From: an uncultured Collinsella sp.
GTDB taxonomy: Bacteria > Actinomycetota > Coriobacteriia > Coriobacteriales > Coriobacteriaceae
DNA length: 64,000 nt
NCBI GenBank assembly: GCA_900757495.1
Contig: CAAENX010000012.1
Span: 3,918-67,917, forward strand
Direction: 5' to 3'
Both the position numbers and the translations under genes were made by a program. Shown in pieces: positions 47,586 to 57,261 of the stretch; the stretch's first letter is position 1, and the number at the start of each line of letters is the position of its first letter. The notes beneath the pieces were generated by a model. It was not told the origin of the DNA. It worked only from the letters and a program-made list of their open reading frames with translations, and ran no database searches.

Positions 47586-47599
47586 CAAACAGGTGTTCG
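47586..47599 (-). promoter_or_regulatory. Putative LexA box upstream of the Shango-like operon
   Basis: CGAAC-ACCT-GTTTG on the minus strand next to a TGCTATGAT extended -10. Confidence 0.5.
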
Positions 47600-47621
47600 A
47601 GATACTGCTGCGTAGATAGAT

Positions 47622-48338
47622 TTAGAACAGGAGGGCGTAGATGACGGCGATGACGACGGAGGGGAGCATATTGGCCGTGCGGAAGGTCTGAGGACGGATG
47701 AGATTGACGCCGACGCAGAAGATGAGCATGGAGCCTACGAGCGAAAGGCTGTCGAGGGCTGCCGCGGTCATGATGGGGGAGAGTGCGCCGGCAAACAGCG
47801 TGATCGTCCCCTGGAACACGGCGACGGGCAGGGCGGAGAAGATGCAGCCGCGGCCAAGCGAGGCCGTCATGGTGCAGACGATGATGCAGTCCAGTGCGCC
47901 CTTGAGGGCAAGCGTTGACCAGTCGCCGAGCAGGCCGTCCTGGATCGATCCCACAATGGCCATGGCGCCGATGCACACGGTGAGTGAAGTCGAGACAAAA
48001 GCGTTGGTGAACTCGTTATCGCCCTCACTGCCAGTCTTGCGCTTGAGCCATTCGCCAAGGTTCTCGATGGCGGCTTCCAAGTTGACGGCCTCGCCGATGA
48101 GCGAACCGAGCGCAAATGAGACGATGAGCATGGTGGTACCGGTGGTCGACAGCGCCTTTCCATCGATGACGAGCATCTTTTGCATTGTGCCGCCCAGGCC
48201 GATAAACAGGACGCACAGCCCCGATGCTTTCATGAGCGTGTCTTGGATGCGCGGTGTAATGAAGCGGCCGCCCGCTAATCCCAAAAGACCGCCCGCAACT
48301 AAAAGCACAACGTTGATGATTGTTCCCAAGCCCGGCAT
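47622..48338 (-). CDS. DUF554 family membrane protein
   Basis: GTIINV, CIGAMAIVGSIQDG, N.LPS. Confidence 0.85.
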   Translation of the reverse strand: MPGLGTIINVVLLVAGGLLGLAGGRFITPRIQDTLMKASGLCVLFIGLGGTMQKMLVIDGKALSTTGTTMLIVSFALGSLIGEAVNLEAAIENLGEWLKRKTGSEGDNEFTNAFVSTSLTVCIGAMAIVGSIQDGLLGDWSTLALKGALDCIIVCTMTASLGRGCIFSALPVAVFQGTITLFAGALSPIMTAAALDSLSLVGSMLIFCVGVNLIRPQTFRTANMLPSVVIAVIYALLF

Positions 48339-48456
48339 GAGCCCTCCTGTATTGATGCCAACGTGGCAATCGTAGCAGAACGAAATGCGAGGCACATCGC
48401 GACTCATCTAATACGTTATATAAGTGGTATTAGGAATGATGCGCAGCATTTAAGCC

Positions 48457-49887
48457 TCAGGTGGTTGTCGGGACATAGGGATAGTAGTCAAAGCGCAGTG
48501 TCATAAGCCGCTGTGGGGATTCAATAGCCGCGGCGATGATATTGGCATCGCGGGCACGATCAAACCCTTCGAGTTCGATCTGATACGAGACGTCTTGCAT
48601 AATGTCCAGACGTCGCCAGGCTAGGAGTGTGTCGCCATCGAATTCCAAGGTTTTGCCTCCGTCTGGGGCAACGGCGTATAGACGCAGTTTAGCGGTGGTT
48701 GCAGGGTCGACAACCGTGACCTTTTTAATTTCGTTTCGAGTATTCTTGGCGCCCAACAGGGTGAGCAGTGTTGGGGCCACGACCTCGCCCGATGGCAAAA
48801 AGACGACTTCGATGGATTCGGGAAATGCGATGATGGCCGACTTGCGGACGGGCTGATTGGCGGCGGCAACTTCGATGTTCGCAGCGTCGATGACCTCCGT
48901 GTGGTCGAGCGCGGCAAGCACGCAGCAGTTACCTTCATCGATCTCTTGAGGATCAGCAAGCCCCAGACTGTCCGCGAGCTCGGGATCGTTTGGATCGGTG
49001 GCGGGTTCATTCGGTGCTTCGAAAGAAGCTGGGACGCTGTTTGTCGGCGACGGCGTGTCGCCCGCACCTGCTTCTTTGTCCGCGCTCTCTTCTTGTGTGG
49101 TTGCGTTGATGGGTTCGTCGTTTGAGGGGAGCGTCTTGGCGTCAAGCGCGGAGGGAAGAATTCCGATGGCTCCGAATCCGTTCCACTCCATTTCGAGAAG
49201 CGCCGGGTCGGCAAGAATGCGTTGCCTGCTTTGCGCGTGGGCATCGATTTCAATAGGGCCTGCCTCTATCCCTCGTGTAAGGCTGAGTGATCCGTCTGAC
49301 TTCTCGAAATGAGCGTCTGTGTCTTTGGTGCTGACGGCGTAGAACAGCAGGGACGCTTCTCCCGCCGCGACGGCATCGGTGCCGGCTTTGGTCAGCTGCA
49401 ACGATGCCGTGAATGAGAGGGTGGGCTGCGTGTCGTCTGCATTCGCGGCGGCGCAGCCCAGACATATACCGCCTCCTTTCTCAAAAAACGTACCGTCGAA
49501 GACGACCTTCGCTCCGTTCGCCGAGTCATCGACCGAAGCGATGTCGATGCGCAGCTCTAAATTGCATGGATCGCCATCTGCATCGAGCACAACCGAGCGC
49601 CACGTGCAGACGGCGCACCCCGCCTGGGAGCCGTTTGCCTTGTTCGAACGCTTGATATCCACGACTATCGAGCCGTCCGTATTACGACGAAGGCATCCCG
49701 AGGTTGAGATCGCGGCCTGTGCGATCGAAAAACGCTTGCACGCAATGGCGCTCGACGGATTTGGGGCGGAACTTAGGGCTGCTGGTAAGGAGTCTGCCAT
49801 GACGGGAGTCGCCCAAGCGGCGACAGGCGTTCCGGTTGCGAGCGCGCCGCAGAGTGCGACGACGGGCAAAAGGTTCTTCGATGCCAT
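48457..49887 (-). CDS. Secreted hypothetical protein
   Basis: Signal peptide ending AWA; acidic/Pro linker; AAGGAG RBS. Confidence 0.65.
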   Translation of the reverse strand: MASKNLLPVVALCGALATGTPVAAWATPVMADSLPAALSSAPNPSSAIACKRFSIAQAAISTSGCLRRNTDGSIVVDIKRSNKANGSQAGCAVCTWRSVVLDADGDPCNLELRIDIASVDDSANGAKVVFDGTFFEKGGGICLGCAAANADDTQPTLSFTASLQLTKAGTDAVAAGEASLLFYAVSTKDTDAHFEKSDGSLSLTRGIEAGPIEIDAHAQSRQRILADPALLEMEWNGFGAIGILPSALDAKTLPSNDEPINATTQEESADKEAGAGDTPSPTNSVPASFEAPNEPATDPNDPELADSLGLADPQEIDEGNCCVLAALDHTEVIDAANIEVAAANQPVRKSAIIAFPESIEVVFLPSGEVVAPTLLTLLGAKNTRNEIKKVTVVDPATTAKLRLYAVAPDGGKTLEFDGDTLLAWRRLDIMQDVSYQIELEGFDRARDANIIAAAIESPQRLMTLRFDYYPYVPTTT

Positions 49888-49905
49888 GGGGTCTCCTTAG
49901 CTAAT

Positions 49906-50187
49906 TTAGTGCGGCCTGTCCATGTTTTGTTTCTGGCTGCGTTTGATGTGCAGACCGAGGCCGGCGGTTCCTGCGCCTGCTGCTGTGGCGCCTGCTGCCA
50001 AGAGCCATCGTCTGTCGCCTGTCTGCGCCAACGGTTCCTCGCGGTCGCCGCGGTCGAGCTCCGAGAGGTCGACCGTCACTTGCGTGGCGGCCTGGGCCTG
50101 TTCTTGCTGGGCAAAGGCCATGGCTGGCCCAAACGCTAGGATGCCCACGGCGGCGGCCAGGGCGACGGCCTTATGCCGTGTGCGCAC
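49906..50187 (-). CDS. Very short LPxTG-like (LAQTG) cell-wall protein (start uncertain)
   Basis: Signal peptide ending AFA, about 30-aa body, LAQTG, hydrophobic segment, basic tail. Confidence 0.6.
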   Translation of the reverse strand: MRTRHKAVALAAAVGILAFGPAMAFAQQEQAQAATQVTVDLSELDRGDREEPLAQTGDRRWLLAAGATAAGAGTAGLGLHIKRSQKQNMDRPH

Positions 50188-50770
50188 CGGGCTCGACCGT
50201 CCAGGTGATCGTCGCAACCTGATCGCCTTCGCCGGTTACGCGGAAGATGTCGCGCGTGACGCGGGCGACGTTTCCGCTTGTCTTGAGCTTAATTTTGTCC
50301 GTGCCACCGGCAATGCCCTGGTAGCCCATGTCGAAGGCTGCATTCTTGGAAAGATCGAGGCCCGTCCCCTGCATTGCGGCGCTGGCGTTCTGGAGCGCGC
50401 CGTCGGGGCCGACCTTAAAGTCGATGGAGTTCTGCGCGGTTCCGGCCTTGGCGTCGGCGGCAATGGTCCAGGTGTTCATGGCGTCGATCTTCATGTTGGT
50501 GACATGGATGCCGTAGGCCGAATGATTGTCGATGGTGGTCGCGTCTTCTGAGGGGCCCTGAAGCGTGCCGTCGGCCTTGGCGACGAAGGGAATAACCGTC
50601 GGAACTTTGAACTCAACGTTGTCGATCTCGGTCCTGACCATTACTTTCGTGGTTCCAACGCGCCCGGCCGCCATAGCTGGCGTCGGGGCGGCGCCCATTG
50701 CGAGCGCGAGCGCGAGCCCTGCGCCCACGACGAGCGCTCTGGCTCCGTTCATGTTCCTGGTGATGTCCAT
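50171..50770 (-). CDS. Secreted hypothetical protein (WxL/pilin-like beta protein)
   Basis: Signal peptide ending AMA; VPTVIPF, I.N.S...I.V, terminal ATITWTV strand; AGAAAGGA RBS. Confidence 0.7.
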   Translation of the reverse strand: MDITRNMNGARALVVGAGLALALAMGAAPTPAMAAGRVGTTKVMVRTEIDNVEFKVPTVIPFVAKADGTLQGPSEDATTIDNHSAYGIHVTNMKIDAMNTWTIAADAKAGTAQNSIDFKVGPDGALQNASAAMQGTGLDLSKNAAFDMGYQGIAGGTDKIKLKTSGNVARVTRDIFRVTGEGDQVATITWTVEPGAHTA

Positions 50771-50859
50771 GGTCGTTCCTTTCTATTCGCCGCGGGCCGT
50801 CCCCGCGATGATTGGACGAATGCTGGTGAATTGCGTGCGGTGCCGCGTCGGCCGGAAAG

Positions 50860-51369
50860 CTAGTTCTCGGCTTGCTCAACCCGTACCTTGACACGTGTCG
50901 GATTGCCGTGGCTGTCGAGGGTCTTTGCATCGAGTGCCTGGATCTCGATGTATGCCTCGCCTTCTTTGATGTCGCCGGCGGGGCACGTTTCGATTGTCTT
51001 GCCGGTCTCGACCACACCGGATTCGTACATGGTCTCGTCGTTTTGGATGACGCGGAATCGCTGGGGAAATATATTGTCTTGGACGTTTTGCACGTTGACG
51101 CGCAGCTTGCCGTCCTCCTGCAGCTGAGCGACCGGTGCGACCGAAATCGTCATCATGTTGTCGCGGACGATGGCGTCGAGCTCATCTTGGATTTCCTGAC
51201 GCGTTTTGCCCTCCGCCGTCGTGACCGAAGCGCCCGCCTCGGGTACGGGCTGCGACTGCCAAGCGTATAGTCCTACGGCGACAAGGGCGCAGACGATGGC
51301 TAAGCAGGCAACGATGAGCTTCTTGCGACGACCCAGGCCTGCAAAGTGGGGTGGCTTCTTCGCGCTCAT
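50860..51369 (-). CDS. Membrane-anchored hypothetical protein
   Basis: Basic N-terminus plus TM helix; N...N and YESG...G motif; ATGA coupling to the upstream ORF. Confidence 0.7.
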   Translation of the reverse strand: MSAKKPPHFAGLGRRKKLIVACLAIVCALVAVGLYAWQSQPVPEAGASVTTAEGKTRQEIQDELDAIVRDNMMTISVAPVAQLQEDGKLRVNVQNVQDNIFPQRFRVIQNDETMYESGVVETGKTIETCPAGDIKEGEAYIEIQALDAKTLDSHGNPTRVKVRVEQAEN

Positions 51370-51662
51370 GCGGCATCCTTGGCGGTATAGATGCGCGCAA
51401 AGGTGGACGGGTCCGCTCCAAAGAGCATGTGAAGCATCAGGCGGCGCGAGTAGACAAGCTCGTCGAAGTCGGGAGGGAGCTCGATGTCGTGGATATGCGC
51501 GATGTGGTGGGCGAGCGCCGAGAACGACTCGGGGTCGCAGATCACATCGGTGGTAACGTGGTAGACCGCCGTATCGGGGAATGCCTCTTCGTCGAAAGGC
51601 AGGAGATGGGGATCGTCGTCGACTTCGATGGCGATGCCGTACTGGGGCCAGTAATATGCCAT
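51366..51662 (-). CDS. Small protein resembling the C-terminal half of a DUF559/Vsr-like domain
   Basis: YWP..GIAIEVD; GGGAGG RBS. Confidence 0.55.
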   Translation of the reverse strand: MAYYWPQYGIAIEVDDDPHLLPFDEEAFPDTAVYHVTTDVICDPESFSALAHHIAHIHDIELPPDFDELVYSRRLMLHMLFGADPSTFARIYTAKDAA

Positions 51663-52007
51663 GGGAACCTCCCTGCTTCTGGGCCAAAACTTCTATTGGT
51701 TTTGGCTGTCGACGCCGACGGTATCAGCCGCTACTTGACCAATTTCTGACCAAATGCTTGACGGATTGGCGTCTCCGCAGGTAAAAGGCGGAAAAAAATA
51801 CTCCAACTTTTTTCGAGCGACAATCGCGCGGTCGGCGGCGGCGGGGCCATATGTGTCAAAAGCATCGTCTGCCGAGGAAATCAAGCCGCTTGCCGAATTG
51901 CACGAACGTAAAAATCGCCAATTATGGAGACGGTCTCGAACACGTCGACGAAACGATGCGGTAACATCTCCCTGCAAACACTGTAGTTAGCTAAAGGGGG
52001 AGTTCGC

Positions 52008-53609
52008 GTGTCTGCAACCATCAAACCCTTCACCGACGAGTTCGAAGAGTATGGTCGCGATGAGTCTCGCGCATCGGGCGAGGCCTCGAGCATCTCGTTT
52101 CCGACAACGGAAGACGAGGTCCGTGCCATTTTGGAAAAGCTCCATGTCGAGCGTGTCCCGGTAACGGTTCAGGGCGCCCGAACCGGCCTTGCCGCCGGTG
52201 CCGTGCCCCACGGCGGGCATATCCTCAATACTTCCCGTATGAATCGCTACTTGGGCCTTCGCCGCGATGAACAAGGCCAATTTCTGCTGCGCGTGGAGCC
52301 GGGCGTTGTGCTCTCGGAGCTGCGCAAGCAGCTGAGCAAGAAGGTGCTGCCGACTGCTGGTTGGGACCAGGCATCGCTTGAGGCCTACGAGGAGTTCCAA
52401 GAGGCCCCCGAGCAGTTCTTTCCCACCGATCCCACCGAGACGTCTGCCTGTCTGGGCGGCATGGCGGCATGTAACGCCTCTGGTGCCCGCAGCTACGCCT
52501 ACGGTCCCATGCGCCCACATATCACGGGGCTCCACGTCGCACTGGCTGATGGCGATTTGCTTGAGCTTCAGCGCGGCGAGGCTTTTGCCCAGGGCCGCCA
52601 CCTGTCGCTCGTGACGGCAGCGGGCCGTACGCTCGAGCTCGATCTTCCCGGCTATACCATGCCCAAGACAAAAAATGCCTCAGGCTATTTCGTTGCGGAC
52701 GAAATGGACGCCATCGACCTCTTTATCGGTGCTTGCGGCACGCTCGGCGTTATCACCGAGCTCGAGATTGCCCTGCAGGCGGCGCCTGCGGTCGTTTGGG
52801 GTGTGAGCTGCTTTTTCGATAGCGAAGACAAGGCCGTGTCCTTTACTGATTCCGTGCGCCCCGTCCTGTCCCATGCGGCTGCCATCGAGTACTTCGACGC
52901 TGGCGCCCTGGATATCTTGCGTCGCCAGCGCGAGCAGTCGACGGCGTTTGCCTCGCTGCCGGCGCTCGACAAAGAGGCGAAGGTCTGTGTCTACGTGGAG
53001 CTCGACTGCGATGACGAGGCCCAGGCGACCGAGGAACTGTACCACCTGGGATGGGTGCTCGAGTTTGCGGGCGGCAGCGACGATGCGACATGGGTCGCGC
53101 GCACCGAGGTCGATCGCGAGTGCCAGCGGTTCTTCCGCCATGCGGTCCCCGAGAGCGTCAATATGCTTATCGACGAGCGCCGCCGCACGGATCCCACCAT
53201 CACCAAACTGGGTTCGGACATGTCGGTGCCCAATGCACGCCTTGCCGATGTCGTGGCCCTCTATCGCCGCACACTGGCCGAAAGCGGGCTTGAATCTGCT
53301 GCCTGGGGGCACATCGGTAACAACCATCTGCATGTGAACATCCTGCCGCGCGATGCGCAGGACTACCGTCGCGGTGGCGAGCTGTTTGCCCAGTGGGCTG
53401 CGGAGGTAACGGCTATGGGCGGTGCCGTTTCTGCCGAGCACGGCGTCGGCAAGATCAAGGCGGGCTTCTTAGAGACGATGTACGGTCACGAGGCCATGGT
53501 CGAGTCGGCGCGGCTCAAGCTCCAGCTCGATCCCGACGGGCAGCTGGGTCGCGGCAACCTGTTTTCGGAGAAGCTCTTGGATGAGCTCGTCCAGAAAGGG
53601 GGCGCGTGA
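52008..53609 (+). CDS. FAD-binding oxidoreductase (LctD/GlcD family)
   Basis: GARTGLAAG, GGMAACNASG, GHIGNNHLH, SAEHGVG. Confidence 0.88.
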   Translation: MSATIKPFTDEFEEYGRDESRASGEASSISFPTTEDEVRAILEKLHVERVPVTVQGARTGLAAGAVPHGGHILNTSRMNRYLGLRRDEQGQFLLRVEPGVVLSELRKQLSKKVLPTAGWDQASLEAYEEFQEAPEQFFPTDPTETSACLGGMAACNASGARSYAYGPMRPHITGLHVALADGDLLELQRGEAFAQGRHLSLVTAAGRTLELDLPGYTMPKTKNASGYFVADEMDAIDLFIGACGTLGVITELEIALQAAPAVVWGVSCFFDSEDKAVSFTDSVRPVLSHAAAIEYFDAGALDILRRQREQSTAFASLPALDKEAKVCVYVELDCDDEAQATEELYHLGWVLEFAGGSDDATWVARTEVDRECQRFFRHAVPESVNMLIDERRRTDPTITKLGSDMSVPNARLADVVALYRRTLAESGLESAAWGHIGNNHLHVNILPRDAQDYRRGGELFAQWAAEVTAMGGAVSAEHGVGKIKAGFLETMYGHEAMVESARLKLQLDPDGQLGRGNLFSEKLLDELVQKGGA

Positions 53610-54427
53610 AGATGAGCGATTTCCATATGGTGGTGTGCGTCAAGGCCGTGCCGGGCAGCACCGAGGTCAAGATGGACCCCAAGACCAATACCATCGTACG
53701 CGATGGCAAGCAGGCGGTCATTAATCCCTTTGATGCGAGCGCTTTGGAATGCGCGCTGGCGCTGAAGGACGACTTTATCGGCTTTGGCATGGATGTGCGC
53801 GTGACGGTGGTGTCGATGGGCATCCCCGCGACCGAGTCGCTGCTGCGCGACTGCATCGCCCGAGGCGCCGATGACGCGCTGCTGCTAACCGATCGCGCCT
53901 TTGCAGGTGCCGATACCCTGGCAACCACCTATGCCCTCAAGTGCGGCATCGAGGCGCTCGACGAGGACTTCGACCTGCTCATCTGCGGCAAGATGGCGGT
54001 GGATGGCGATACGGCCCAGATTGGTCCCGAGCTTGCCGGTGCCTTTGAGATTCCCTGCGTGACCGACGTGAGCTGCGTGCAAAGCGCGGGCTTTACGACG
54101 TGTGGCTCGCTGGCGCTCGTTCACGGATGCGATGCCGGCGAGGAGACGGTGTGTCTTGAGATGCCGTGCGCGATGACGACTGCCAAGGAGATTGGCCAGT
54201 TGCGTATGCCGAGTATTGCCGGTATTCGTGCGGCGGAGGAGACGGACGTGCGCGTGGTCAGTGCCGCCGACGTGAACGCCGACCCCGCGCGTTGCGGTCT
54301 TGCCGGGTCGCCGACACAGGTCGTACGATCGTTTGTGCCCGACCGTGACCAAACGTGCAAGGCCGTTGAGGGGACGGCGTCCGAGCAGGCGGTAGAACTT
54401 GCCAAGATTATCGAGGGGATGGCATAG
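53606..54427 (+). CDS. etfB: Electron transfer flavoprotein beta subunit
   Basis: VCVKAVP, NPFD, FAGADTLAT, GK.AVDGDTAQ, GSPT. Confidence 0.92.
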   Translation: MKMSDFHMVVCVKAVPGSTEVKMDPKTNTIVRDGKQAVINPFDASALECALALKDDFIGFGMDVRVTVVSMGIPATESLLRDCIARGADDALLLTDRAFAGADTLATTYALKCGIEALDEDFDLLICGKMAVDGDTAQIGPELAGAFEIPCVTDVSCVQSAGFTTCGSLALVHGCDAGEETVCLEMPCAMTTAKEIGQLRMPSIAGIRAAEETDVRVVSAADVNADPARCGLAGSPTQVVRSFVPDRDQTCKAVEGTASEQAVELAKIIEGMA

Positions 54428-55633
54428 ATGAGCGGACTGATTATCGATAGCGAAGCCTGTATCGGCTGCGGTCGCTGCGTTCGCGCCTGTGCCTCGGGCG
54501 GCATCGTAGTGGAAGGCGAGCGACCCAACCGATGCGCCCACGTAACCGACGGCTGCATCCTATGCGGTGGGTGCGTCGACGCCTGCCCTGTCAACGCTAT
54601 CTCGATCGAGCGTGATGAGGCCGCTGGTGCGGTGGACCTTGATGCATATCGAGACATTTGGGTATTCGTGCAGACCGACGAGCACGATACGGTGACTCCC
54701 GTTGCCTATGAGCTTATGGGCAAGGGCCGCGAGCTTGCCGATGCTCGCGGCTGCCGTCTGGTGGCACTGGTCGGTATGGCCCCCGAGGGTTCTCTCGGTG
54801 ACCTGGAGCATCTGGTTTGCGCAGGCGCCGACGAAGTCCTGGCCTGTCGCGACGAGCGCCTGCGCCAAAACGATGCGGAGGTCTACGCCCGCTTGATCTG
54901 CGATTTGGTAGCCGAACGCAAACCCGAGGCCATCCTATACGGTGCGACCGCTTTTGGCCGCGAACTGGCACCCGGCGTTGCCGTGCGCTTGCAGACGGGC
55001 CTTACGGCTGACTGCACCGTACTTTCGATGGATACGGAGACGGGACTGCTGCAACAGACGCGTCCGGCGTTTGGCGGCAACCTGATGGCCACCATCGTCT
55101 GCCCCAATCATCGTCCCCAGATGGCAACGGTTCGTCCCGGCATCTTTAAGGCACCCGACTTTGACTACGGCCGCTCCGGCACGATCACCCAGATATCGCT
55201 TGCGGATGATGCTAAGGCCCGTGTCGAGATCTCGATTCCCGCCGAGGAGTGGGGGCAGCAGGCCTCGATCGCCGATGCCGAGCGCCTGGTCGTGGTGGGT
55301 CGCGGCATTGGTTCCAAGAAAAACCTGCCGCTGATGCGAAGGCTCGCCGAGGCTCTGGGAGCCGAGCTTGGCTGCACGCGACCTGTCGTGGAGGCCGGCT
55401 GGTTGGAGTATCGCCATCAGATTGGCCAGACCGGCGTATCGGTTTCGCCTAAGCTTCTCGTGAGTATTGGTGTTTCGGGCGCCATCCAGCATCTTGCCGG
55501 CATCGGTGGGGCGGAGTGCATTATCGCCATCAACGAGGACCCGGATGCCCCCATCTTCGGTGCCGCCCGGTACAAGGTCGTCGGCGATGCCGTTGAGATC
55601 GTTGAGGAACTGCTGGCTCAGCTCGAGCGCTAG
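54428..55633 (+). CDS. etfA: Electron transfer flavoprotein alpha subunit with N-terminal 2x[4Fe-4S] domain
   Basis: CIGCGRCVRAC and CILCGGCVDACP; GLTADCT, TRPAFGGN, QIGQTG, SGAIQH. Confidence 0.92.
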   Translation: MSGLIIDSEACIGCGRCVRACASGGIVVEGERPNRCAHVTDGCILCGGCVDACPVNAISIERDEAAGAVDLDAYRDIWVFVQTDEHDTVTPVAYELMGKGRELADARGCRLVALVGMAPEGSLGDLEHLVCAGADEVLACRDERLRQNDAEVYARLICDLVAERKPEAILYGATAFGRELAPGVAVRLQTGLTADCTVLSMDTETGLLQQTRPAFGGNLMATIVCPNHRPQMATVRPGIFKAPDFDYGRSGTITQISLADDAKARVEISIPAEEWGQQASIADAERLVVVGRGIGSKKNLPLMRRLAEALGAELGCTRPVVEAGWLEYRHQIGQTGVSVSPKLLVSIGVSGAIQHLAGIGGAECIIAINEDPDAPIFGAARYKVVGDAVEIVEELLAQLER

Positions 55634-56442
55634 GCGCGCGCCAGCCAGTCACGCATCTCGTTCTTTAGGCGGCTCCAGGTTGCCTGCGTGGCGGGATCGG
55701 TAAAGGGGCGCGTAATGCCAAAGGGCGCGTCGAGCAGGCGGTGGATATCGCCCTGTTCGCGCGCCAGCGCGCGGCTTGCTGGATAGACGAGCTCAAACAT
55801 AAAGCAGATGAGTCCCACCAGGTAGTCTGCGGGCTCGTTGCGTTCATCGCGTGCGACGCAGCGGTGCTCGTCAAAGGCGGCAAGTGTCGGCGACGAGAAA
55901 CGGCTGCCGAGAAACGTCTTCTCGTCCACCTTGAGGATGGTGTCGACGGTGCTGTCGGCGATGGTGCGCATAATGTCGATCTTGTCACCATCGCGCACGA
56001 TATCGCAGAAGCTCCGCGTGCGCTCGTCGAGCTGCGCGGGTAGACGGAAATCGCTGTGATAGGCAATGCTCGCTCGGATGAGCTCATCTTCTGTCGGGTC
56101 ATCGATAAAGTCGCGGATGCTCGTTACGGCGGGTGCATCGGCGGGATTCTCGCCAAAGAGGACCTCGATGCCCAGCGCCGCATGGCTCATGCTCTCGGCG
56201 TCCTTAAAGGTGTCCCAGCGTCGCAGCTGCTCAAAGCGGCCCATATCGTGCAGCAGGCCGCAAAGCCATGCTAGGTCAATATCTTCTGACGACCAGCCCT
56301 GCTCGCGCGCTACGGCATCGCATGCCTCGGCCACGTGGTGCGTATGCTCGATTTTGAGCGCGATGCGTGGGTTAGTGGCGTCGTAGGCATCGGTGTAGCT
56401 TTTGAAGGCCGCGCGCGCCCGGTCTCGATCGATAGCTGTCAT
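55630..56442 (-). CDS. HD-domain phosphohydrolase
   Basis: K..HT, LHDMGRFEQ, SHA, RDGDKIDI. Confidence 0.85.
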   Translation of the reverse strand: MTAIDRDRARAAFKSYTDAYDATNPRIALKIEHTHHVAEACDAVAREQGWSSEDIDLAWLCGLLHDMGRFEQLRRWDTFKDAESMSHAALGIEVLFGENPADAPAVTSIRDFIDDPTEDELIRASIAYHSDFRLPAQLDERTRSFCDIVRDGDKIDIMRTIADSTVDTILKVDEKTFLGSRFSSPTLAAFDEHRCVARDERNEPADYLVGLICFMFELVYPASRALAREQGDIHRLLDAPFGITRPFTDPATQATWSRLKNEMRDWLARA

Positions 56443-56568
56443 AATGACTTCCTAAATAGTTGTGTCTTTCGATCCGGTGGCAATTGTAGGTGAACTCGGT
56501 TGCTGTCGGATGATGATTCTGCCGTGTCGCTACATGCGGCTCGGAGACCTTGTCAGGATGAGAAGCGT

Positions 56569-57261
56569 ATGGTGCTCAAAATCGTTAGAACCGTCTGGCC
56601 AGTGATGCTTACCTATGTTGCAATAGGCGCGCCGTGCGGAATGATCATGGGGCAGACGGGAATGGAACCCTGGATGGTTTTTGCCCTGAGCAGCACGTTC
56701 GTGACGGGCAGCGGGCAGTTTATGATCTGCAATCTGTGGCTGGCAAGTGTGCCTGCGGCGTCGATCGTCGCGAGCGTCGCCGCCATCTCCTCGCGCTTTG
56801 CGCTTTACTCGGCATCGATCGCTCCGCATCTGACGGGTGCCTCGAAGCGTCAGACGTTGGCTGTTGCCGCGACACTTACCGAGGAGGCATATGGCATCTC
56901 GCTTGCCAAGTTGGTTGAAGGGGAGGATTGGGGCCCGCGCGAGTCCTTTCTGCTCAACGTGATCCTCATCGCAACATGGGGCGTTTCGTGTACGATGGGC
57001 GCCATCGTCGGTGCCGTTGTCGATGTTCCCACCGCCATTGCAGCCTTTGTCTGCACCTCGCTCTTTATCTGCCTGCTCTTTTCGCAGCGGCTGTCGCGCG
57101 GCAACGTTGTCGCGGCGGTTTCGGGCGCGGTGTCCGTCGCCGTATGCAAGTTCTTGGGCCTCGCGAATATTGCCGTGCCGGCAAGCGTCGTGGCCGGCAT
57201 TGCCATTGCGGTGGCGTGCGATGCTGTATTTGACGGAAGAGGTGCCCGCGATGCCCGTTAA
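56569..57261 (+). CDS. azlC: AzlC-family branched-chain amino acid exporter subunit
   Basis: GSGQF, LTEEAYG, hydrophobic profile. Confidence 0.8.
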   Translation: MVLKIVRTVWPVMLTYVAIGAPCGMIMGQTGMEPWMVFALSSTFVTGSGQFMICNLWLASVPAASIVASVAAISSRFALYSASIAPHLTGASKRQTLAVAATLTEEAYGISLAKLVEGEDWGPRESFLLNVILIATWGVSCTMGAIVGAVVDVPTAIAAFVCTSLFICLLFSQRLSRGNVVAAVSGAVSVAVCKFLGLANIAVPASVVAGIAIAVACDAVFDGRGARDAR

